A DNA stretch of 50,603 nt. It comes from Lachnospiraceae bacterium. GTDB taxonomy: Bacteria > Bacillota > Clostridia > Lachnospirales > Lachnospiraceae. The notes under the pieces were generated by a model that searched no databases, was not told where the DNA came from, and saw only the letters and a list, made by a program, of their open reading frames with translations. Shown here piece by piece: positions 44,603 through 50,603 of this stretch; the first letter of the stretch is position 1; each line of letters starts with the position of its first letter. The DNA lies in contig JAZUJC010000215.1 of the NCBI GenBank assembly GCA_045642625.1, forward strand, positions 1-50,603. Reading direction: 5' to 3'. The position numbers were made by a program, and so were the translations under genes.

Positions 44603-45406
44603 ATGGCGCGTTTTACGAATGCGATAGATGGGGACAGAGTTCAGGAGCTTGTCCGCATTATTATCGAGGGCAGGAGAGCCAAGAGAAAGGTCGATGTATT
44701 GACATGGGGACTACTTGCTGCGGAAAAGGTAAGTGATGTTTTAAAGGATCTTGCCGAGATTAACCTAAAAGTGAGCCGGATGGAACAGGCTGAACTAGAG
44801 TTTTGTACCCATGCATATAGAATTGTAGATAATGTAATTGTCAGCTTTTATAAGTTTTTCGTTGATAATTCAGAGTTTTATAATGTCAAAGAGGATTTGA
44901 GACAGTCTCTCATAGTGGAGCTGTTTAAGCTCCTGAAGACCTATAACGAGGATATAAATTCCTCTTTTGCAAAATATACCTTCTCTGCTTTACGATATAT
45001 TCTGGTGAGTATGTTGTTTGGTGATTATGACGGAGATTTCAGCTCTGCGAATGAGAAGAAATTTAAGACTGTTGGAAAGTCTAATGTTGTGCCATATGAA
45101 GATGTTCGGGAAAACATAGAAACATCTCGTGGATATGTACTTGATATTGAGAGAAATTTGCTTAAGGAAGAAGTGCGTAAGAAGGTACGGGAGGCTATCG
45201 AAAGTTTGCCGAATGGAAAAGAAAGGGAGCTTCTTAAATTATATTTCTTTGAGGAGAAATCACGCAGGGAAATATGCGAGATTTTAACTTTAGGAGTAGA
45301 AAAGGAATTTAATAGGCTATACCAAAGCGCATTGAAACGTGTCGAGAAGGCTCTTGATAATGCGGAGTTTAAGGATGCTTATACTGAGTACAGGGGAATT
45401 ATGTAA
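44603..45406 (+). CDS. Alternative sigma-70-family RNA polymerase sigma factor
   Basis: Region 2-like EDLRQSLIVELFKLLKTYN..SSFAKY; region 4 AIESLP..ERELLKLYFFEEKSRREICEIL..SALKRV. Confidence 0.8.
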   Translation: MARFTNAIDGDRVQELVRIIIEGRRAKRKVDVLTWGLLAAEKVSDVLKDLAEINLKVSRMEQAELEFCTHAYRIVDNVIVSFYKFFVDNSEFYNVKEDLRQSLIVELFKLLKTYNEDINSSFAKYTFSALRYILVSMLFGDYDGDFSSANEKKFKTVGKSNVVPYEDVRENIETSRGYVLDIERNLLKEEVRKKVREAIESLPNGKERELLKLYFFEEKSRREICEILTLGVEKEFNRLYQSALKRVEKALDNAEFKDAYTEYRGIM

Positions 45407-45688
45407 ATGGTAAAAGAGCTTGAAATAGGTAAATCTTATCTGATATTTATTGTAAAAATTGCAGAAGGGAACCGGAATCGGTACAAAAAGAATGTTGGAA
45501 CAAATAAAGGAAAATATCTTGTAGTAAGCAAGAATAACTACGAGTATACTGTTAAATTTTGCGGGGTTCCTGCTGAGAATGTGGAAGTCCTAACTTCGAT
45601 AAGTGTTGCCGATCTTATATGTGGTTATGTGTGTGCGTTTCCAACCGATGAGGAAGGTGTTGGCTCTGCTGAAATACCACATCAATAG
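45407..45688 (+). CDS. Hypothetical protein
   Basis: Abuts sigma gene stop; followed by terminator. Confidence 0.55.
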   Translation: MVKELEIGKSYLIFIVKIAEGNRNRYKKNVGTNKGKYLVVSKNNYEYTVKFCGVPAENVEVLTSISVADLICGYVCAFPTDEEGVGSAEIPHQ

Positions 45689-45698
45689 TTTAATGATT

Positions 45699-45725
45699 AT
45701 TGCCGACGTTTTTGTCGGCAATTTT
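45699..45725 (+). terminator. Intrinsic terminator closing the sigma operon
   Basis: ATTGCCGAC-GTTTTT-GTCGGCAAT then TTT. Confidence 0.75.
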
Positions 45726-45730
45726 GTTAT

Positions 45731-45778
45731 AAATAATAAGTTTGTTGCGTGTACTGTTTTTTAATTTCATGGTACATA
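45731..45778 (+). promoter_or_regulatory. Shared promoter motif class 2, second copy
   Basis: 22-bp exact match to 32938-32959; TGGTACAT downstream. Confidence 0.65.
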
Positions 45779-45817
45779 TAGTTATAATTCCATTAATAAA
45801 TTTAAGGAGGTAGAACT

Positions 45818-46642
45818 ATGGGATTTGAGATTAAAACAGGCTCTATGAAGGAGCGTCTTAGAAGTATCGAGGAGATTGGAACCGTAATGGGACTTAACGG
45901 GGTTGTGATTCCTGTTGATATAAAGTCTGTTATAGGTAAGGCTTTGTATGGTACAGAGGACAGAACTGCAACTGACAGATATTTTGTTGCGAGGTTCCGT
46001 GAAACATGGTATATGGGTGCTCAGCAGCGTATTAAGGACAGTGGCGGTGTGGTATCTATCGAAGAAACAAAGAAAATGAAAGAGTGCTTTGATGATATGA
46101 AGTTTATAAACGAGGCATTCCGACTTGGTGAGGACTTTAGATACAACGGCAAAAGTGCTGTATGGATAGCGGATGATAAGCTCTTTGAGCTGATGGATGG
46201 AAAAACCGAGGACTTTGGGCAGTTATGTGTGGATTCATGGATCGCTGGATGGCGTTTTATGGATGAAGAGATTAGTCTTGGAACTGTGCAGGGCAAACCG
46301 AAAAAGGTTTTATATCGAGTTAATGCGGATAAGCTTAGTGATTTTATTCAGTACCGAGAGAATGAGAGTGGTCCTGAAGCTGATGATGAAGAGGGCAATA
46401 AATATTATGATATATACTGTCACGCTGTTGAGCGTCTGCGCCATCGTGGTGAGGATGATCTGGTTGACTGTATTACCTGTCCTTATATGTATCGAGGTCT
46501 TGGTGTTACGATAGATAAGAATGGTAAGGCTGACTGGTGCGATGCGGATTGTGCCTATGTTTCCGGAATTGTTAATGACTGCTGCGGAAATGACATTTCT
46601 CTGCTTTCGGCATACTTTGTAGAAAAGGTAGAGGAGGAGTAG
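45818..46642 (+). CDS. Hypothetical protein with Cys-rich C-terminus
   Basis: AAGGAGG RBS; CITCP, WCDADC motifs. Confidence 0.65.
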   Translation: MGFEIKTGSMKERLRSIEEIGTVMGLNGVVIPVDIKSVIGKALYGTEDRTATDRYFVARFRETWYMGAQQRIKDSGGVVSIEETKKMKECFDDMKFINEAFRLGEDFRYNGKSAVWIADDKLFELMDGKTEDFGQLCVDSWIAGWRFMDEEISLGTVQGKPKKVLYRVNADKLSDFIQYRENESGPEADDEEGNKYYDIYCHAVERLRHRGEDDLVDCITCPYMYRGLGVTIDKNGKADWCDADCAYVSGIVNDCCGNDISLLSAYFVEKVEEE

Positions 46643-46645
46643 GAA

Positions 46646-47698
46646 ATGTTTGGTGTTAAGGATTATGGTTTATACAAGGCAGCAGTAAAGAGTATTTCAT
46701 CCGAGTGCAAAGGGGAGCGTATTGATGTATCAAGAATGCTTTTTAAGGTTGCTGCTCTGCTTGAAAAAACTTTTTCTGATATGAAAGTATACTCTTGGCT
46801 TGTACTTGGAAAGGTTCCGTCTGCGGCATACCCTGAAAATAATAATGATGATATTTATGTGAATGAGGTAATGACCAATCCTGATATTTCATGTTTTAAT
46901 GGAAGTAAGGGGTTTTTTGGAAACAAGAGACTTGTCCACTATTCGGTCTACGGCCCCAGTGCTGACAAATGTTTTGTGAATGTAATTGAATTCAAGGAAA
47001 ATGTATCGGAAAAAAACAAGGACGATATTATTGCGGTGGCTGATTTGCTTTGGCTTTGTGTTTTGCCGAGCATCCATGCAGTACTCAGAGATGAGCGTGT
47101 AAGCAATGTTAAATCTTCATATGACTGGTCTGCCGTACCTTATGCGTTAAATAATTCGTCGGTCGGGCTTGTGGCATATCTTAAGCTGAAAGGTTTTGAT
47201 ACTATCATCAGAAGGGGATATGAGAGTATTAGTGAGCTGTATTCGGGATGGATCACTCTTGCTAAAAAGGTGTTTGGTGAGGATGTTGTATGTTCCCTGG
47301 ACGCAGATTCCGTTGTGATAGTACAGCCGGGAAAGGGTAATCTTGAATTGCTTGGAGCCTTGCAGGATAAGATTGATGCACTCGCGAATGGAAACGAGGA
47401 TATGATGTCACTTGCAGCGTATATTGTAAGGGAACGATGCAGTTATGCCGATGTGGTCCTGTGCAGAAATAGAATTGTCTGTGGAAAACATGGCAATGCC
47501 GAGGTGAAAACAACGGAGAATGTATCCGTTCAGCAAGTTTCTGAAGCAGTGGTGGAGCCTGAACCGGTTTCGACTCAGGAACGGGAATCGGTAGATATGG
47601 ATATTCCGATGGAAAATAATGATGCCAGTGATGCTCAGGAAGCGCATGAACGGATGATGGCAATGGATTCACTTAATTCACTTTTTCAAAAAGAATAA
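46646..47698 (+). CDS. Hypothetical protein with possible degenerate GGDEF-like domain
   Basis: VAYLKLKGFDTI..GYE..KKVFGEDVVCSLDADSVVIV aligns by eye to the GGDEF fold but lacks catalytic residues. Confidence 0.45.
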   Translation: MFGVKDYGLYKAAVKSISSECKGERIDVSRMLFKVAALLEKTFSDMKVYSWLVLGKVPSAAYPENNNDDIYVNEVMTNPDISCFNGSKGFFGNKRLVHYSVYGPSADKCFVNVIEFKENVSEKNKDDIIAVADLLWLCVLPSIHAVLRDERVSNVKSSYDWSAVPYALNNSSVGLVAYLKLKGFDTIIRRGYESISELYSGWITLAKKVFGEDVVCSLDADSVVIVQPGKGNLELLGALQDKIDALANGNEDMMSLAAYIVRERCSYADVVLCRNRIVCGKHGNAEVKTTENVSVQQVSEAVVEPEPVSTQERESVDMDIPMENNDASDAQEAHERMMAMDSLNSLFQKE

Positions 47699-47736
47699 TA
47701 AAAAAATAAAAATTTTTCTGTTTTTGTACGAAAAAC

Positions 47737-47773
47737 GTGCAACTTTTCCTTATACTACTTATAGAGGATAAAA
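47737..47773 (+). promoter_or_regulatory. Conserved promoter-like motif, copy upstream of S1/relaxation operon
   Basis: 36/37 identical to 8331-8367. Confidence 0.75.
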
Positions 47774-47806
47774 AATTATATGGTTTTTTGATATAAAAAT
47801 ACGAAA

Positions 47807-48259
47807 ATGGTGAAGAAAATGAAGAAAATTATTGTCATTCTGGCTGTAATGATTGGATTGTTGTCTTTGGGTGGATTTTCTGTTAGGGCAGCAGATGTTG
47901 TTGATGATATCAAAACAGAAAAAGACATTGAGGACAAGAAGAATTACGATGAGTTGGAAGATAAGATATGGAATGATACAGGGGAGACACTGGGGCAGCT
48001 TGTAGATACGGGAGCTGAATTTGGAAAAAGTGCGGTTAAAACCGTATGGGTTTATGTCTTTTATATGTATGATGTCATAAGCGGTGTATACCCTGCTTTA
48101 TTTATCTTGTCTTTAACTATAGGTTTTTTGGTGGCTATACTGTCTACCAAAAATAAAAAAAGGAGGAGGTATGCTATCATCGTCGGTTGTATAACGATAC
48201 CGCTGATAACTACCTTAATAGTATACGTACTGCCGTATGTATACATAAGATTATCATAA
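47807..48259 (+). CDS. Signal peptide plus two-TM membrane protein (possibly VirB2-like)
   Basis: VRA|AD signal peptide; TM-STKNKKRRR-TM layout resembling 46..504. Confidence 0.55.
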   Translation: MVKKMKKIIVILAVMIGLLSLGGFSVRAADVVDDIKTEKDIEDKKNYDELEDKIWNDTGETLGQLVDTGAEFGKSAVKTVWVYVFYMYDVISGVYPALFILSLTIGFLVAILSTKNKKRRRYAIIVGCITIPLITTLIVYVLPYVYIRLS

Positions 48260-48290
48260 TGTAAGCCCTTGTGGGCGAAGGAGGAAAACA

Positions 48291-49388
48291 ATGAAAAATT
48301 ATTCTTACACAAATTTTAGAGGATTAACCTCTCCACTTGCAGGAAAGCCTTCCGTAGACAGTATTAAGGAAAGTGCCGTTGACAGTGATATCAAGAAGTA
48401 TATCGAGCTGAAGGAAAAGAAAAGAACTTTTGTTATGAATTTTCAGCGTGCAAATGAAAACGGCGATCTTGACACATACGAGAATGGCGTACATATTGTA
48501 TTGCCTAATAGTGAGGCTGTCAGAGGAGACACACCGAGATATGATTCAAGAAAGAGACTTACATATCTTTTGTATCAGTATTCAGTAGAGGTTGTATCTG
48601 TCGATGTAGAGAAAAAAGAAGTAATTGTGTCATGGAGGAATGTTAAGGAACGTGAAAGAAATCGTGTTGCCGGTATTCTTCGTTTTATGGTTAGTGGATT
48701 ACAGCCCGAGAGAAAGGCTGCTGAAAATATCGTTAAAGATGAGGTTGTTAGACTTCTGAGAGAGGATTTAAAGGAAGTTGTAGAAAGAATGAAGCCCAAG
48801 ACTTTGAGCACATTCAAGAGAAGACTTTCAAATGAGCTTACTTATAAGGAGATGGAGGCGCTTGGAGTTGAAATGATTATCGTTCCTGCTCAGGTGGTTT
48901 CTGTTGAAAGACAGCGTGTTATCCTTAATCTTTTAGGTTTTGATATTCCCGGATACATAACCGCAGAGGATTATTCGTATGGTTACATTGATGATATGAA
49001 TAATATTATAAAGAAAGATGATATTATTGATGTTTCAGTTGTTGCGTTTGCAAGTTATAAGAAGAATCCTCAGTTAAAGGTTGCTTCAACTGGTGAGGGT
49101 ATGTATGTTTGCACACGCATTCCTTTAGTTGAAAATCCCTGGGATAATTTGACTTATAGCGTTGGTGATCTGGTTAGGGTGAGATGTGCTCACATTAAAA
49201 ATGATAAATGGTTTGGATTTATTGATGGTCTGGAGATTGAGCTTTATTGCCAGTTCCCTAACGAGGATAAGGATTTTCGTGTTATTATTGGTGAAGAGTA
49301 CGAATGTAACATTTACAAAATTGATGCTAAGGCGAGATTGATGATGGCAAGGACTTTGAAACATGTACGTCCTCGTGTTACAAAATAA
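48291..49388 (+). CDS. Multi-S1 (OB-fold) domain protein
   Basis: VEVVSVDVEKKEVIVS; AQVVSV..GYITAEDYSYGYI..DDIIDVSV; NPWD..YSVGDLVRV. Confidence 0.7.
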   Translation: MKNYSYTNFRGLTSPLAGKPSVDSIKESAVDSDIKKYIELKEKKRTFVMNFQRANENGDLDTYENGVHIVLPNSEAVRGDTPRYDSRKRLTYLLYQYSVEVVSVDVEKKEVIVSWRNVKERERNRVAGILRFMVSGLQPERKAAENIVKDEVVRLLREDLKEVVERMKPKTLSTFKRRLSNELTYKEMEALGVEMIIVPAQVVSVERQRVILNLLGFDIPGYITAEDYSYGYIDDMNNIIKKDDIIDVSVVAFASYKKNPQLKVASTGEGMYVCTRIPLVENPWDNLTYSVGDLVRVRCAHIKNDKWFGFIDGLEIELYCQFPNEDKDFRVIIGEEYECNIYKIDAKARLMMARTLKHVRPRVTK

Positions 49389-49406
49389 ATTGGAGGTAGT
49401 TAGGAA

Positions 49407-50405
49407 ATGGATCAGGATTTAACAAAGCTTTATCTTGATAGCATGGTCGGTGGTGGACTGGCAAAGTATTTATGCAACCCCGGTTTTATCTTTTCAAATT
49501 CACCGGCTCCCGCGCGAGGAGAATTTGAAAGACGTTACAGTATGTCTGAGATAAGGGATGCTGCCACTCAGGTGCTTAGATATTTGGCTACGGCAACATA
49601 CCTCGATGAAGAGGAAATTTTCGATGCTGCCATTCTTTTCAAAAAGAAAAAGCTTCTTGCGAATGTTATTACTGATCACGAATTTCTTAAAAAGTGTATT
49701 AAAAAGCTTGTCTTTTTGGGTGCGATTGATGAGAGAAGATACGTGGGGTATCATGACGGACTACCTGCCAATGATCATGCCAGAGCTTACTGCATTACGG
49801 AGAGAGGTGCCGGAATGTATAAGGCGGCTACTGACTTTGAGGGGTATATTGAGGAAATGCTTATTTGTCAGAATCCTACCGAGGTAATGCGTAGACTTGC
49901 GACAAATTATATCCTTCAGCAGATGGAGTATAGAACAGATGCTAAGGTTGGTTATTGTTATGCTGAACATGTTGAGGCTAAAAAAGGCAGAAGAATGGTG
50001 TATGGCCGCATTGAATCAGATAAGGAATGCGTGATATTTGAGCCTGTCTTCTACAGACTCAATCCTAATATTCAGATTGAGTCCGAACTTGAACAGCACA
50101 TTGATGATAGAATTATTTTCTTGCCGAAAATGTTCAAGAAGATGGTTGGAAACAGTGATAAGAGACGAGTGCTCGTTCTTGTGGTTGAGGATAGGGATTG
50201 CATTAAGAAGGCTTATCAGCGATATGAACAGGTTATAAAGGACTGTGACCTTGTTTATATTACAAGCGAAGCTATGGTGCGAGCAAGTATTAAAATGAAC
50301 TTGAAAGTAGCTCCGTTCCTGAAGATATTTAAAGATCCTAATCGAGAAGGAAATGTTAAGCTTACAGCAGCGACACCACCTTTTATGTATAGGAATAAGC
50401 AATAA
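49407..50405 (+). CDS. Winged-helix plus nuclease-like protein (replication-relaxation-like)
   Basis: wHTH (LRYLATATYL..IKKLVFLGAI..AYCITERG) followed by a PD-(D/E)xK-like segment (VYGRI..VIFEPV). Confidence 0.45.
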   Translation: MDQDLTKLYLDSMVGGGLAKYLCNPGFIFSNSPAPARGEFERRYSMSEIRDAATQVLRYLATATYLDEEEIFDAAILFKKKKLLANVITDHEFLKKCIKKLVFLGAIDERRYVGYHDGLPANDHARAYCITERGAGMYKAATDFEGYIEEMLICQNPTEVMRRLATNYILQQMEYRTDAKVGYCYAEHVEAKKGRRMVYGRIESDKECVIFEPVFYRLNPNIQIESELEQHIDDRIIFLPKMFKKMVGNSDKRRVLVLVVEDRDCIKKAYQRYEQVIKDCDLVYITSEAMVRASIKMNLKVAPFLKIFKDPNREGNVKLTAATPPFMYRNKQ

Positions 50406-50444
50406 GAAGATTGCGTGTTTTATGTAAAAATCATCTGCTATAAT
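50401..50444 (+). promoter_or_regulatory. Shared promoter motif class 2, degenerate third copy
   Basis: AATAAG..TTGCGTGT followed 25 bp later by TGCTATAAT. Confidence 0.55.
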
Positions 50445-50477
50445 TCACTTATCATAATTTACAGCGGAGGAATCTTT

Positions 50478-50603
50478 ATGAATATTGGTAAGTTTTTTGA
50501 GTGGTTTATGCAGCCCAACATTATGTTTACTTTTTTGGTTGTGTCGTTTGTTGTTGTGGCATGGGCTGTATATGCCTGTGACTTCTTTAAAAGCAGAAAG
50601 ATT
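50478..50603 (+). CDS. Membrane protein, truncated by window end
   Basis: GGAGG RBS, ATG 50478, hydrophobic N-terminus, frame open to the end. Confidence 0.6.
   Translation, partial: MNIGKFFEWFMQPNIMFTFLVVSFVVVAWAVYACDFFKSRKI

Overview
This window looks like part of a large, low-GC Firmicute (probably Clostridia/Lachnospiraceae-like; inference) conjugative plasmid. Nearly all genes are on the + strand. In order: (i) a type IV secretion block with three VirB2/TrbC-like pilins, PrgI-like, VirB4 ATPase and VirB6-like genes; (ii) a Gram-positive Tad-like pilus locus with TadZ/CpaE-like, CpaB/SAF, TadA, fused TadB/C, four pilins, pseudopilins and an M50 peptidase; (iii) an iteron origin (9 iterons, DnaA boxes, AT-rich unwinding region) with a Rep_3 initiator sitting inside the pilus cluster; (iv) an NlpC/P60 hydrolase and a thermonuclease lipoprotein whose 3' end is interrupted by a TnpB-only IS200/IS605 element; (v) an SLH-like protein and a 2476-aa repeat adhesin; (vi) a regulatory block. 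The strongest candidate for an undescribed system is a phase-variation circuit. A serine recombinase (43413-44015) is immediately followed by a 177-bp segment bounded by perfect 15-bp inverted repeats (44024-44200). This segment carries a consensus sigmaA promoter that currently points away from an operon encoding an alternative sigma factor, and a 36/37-identical promoter-like motif precedes the Tad operon, the S1/relaxation operon and probably the T4SS operon. Just upstream of the recombinase lies an A/B-chimeric copy of the major pilin head fused to a membrane protein, suggesting pilin cassette recombination. All family assignments come from motif reading by eye, not database searches.
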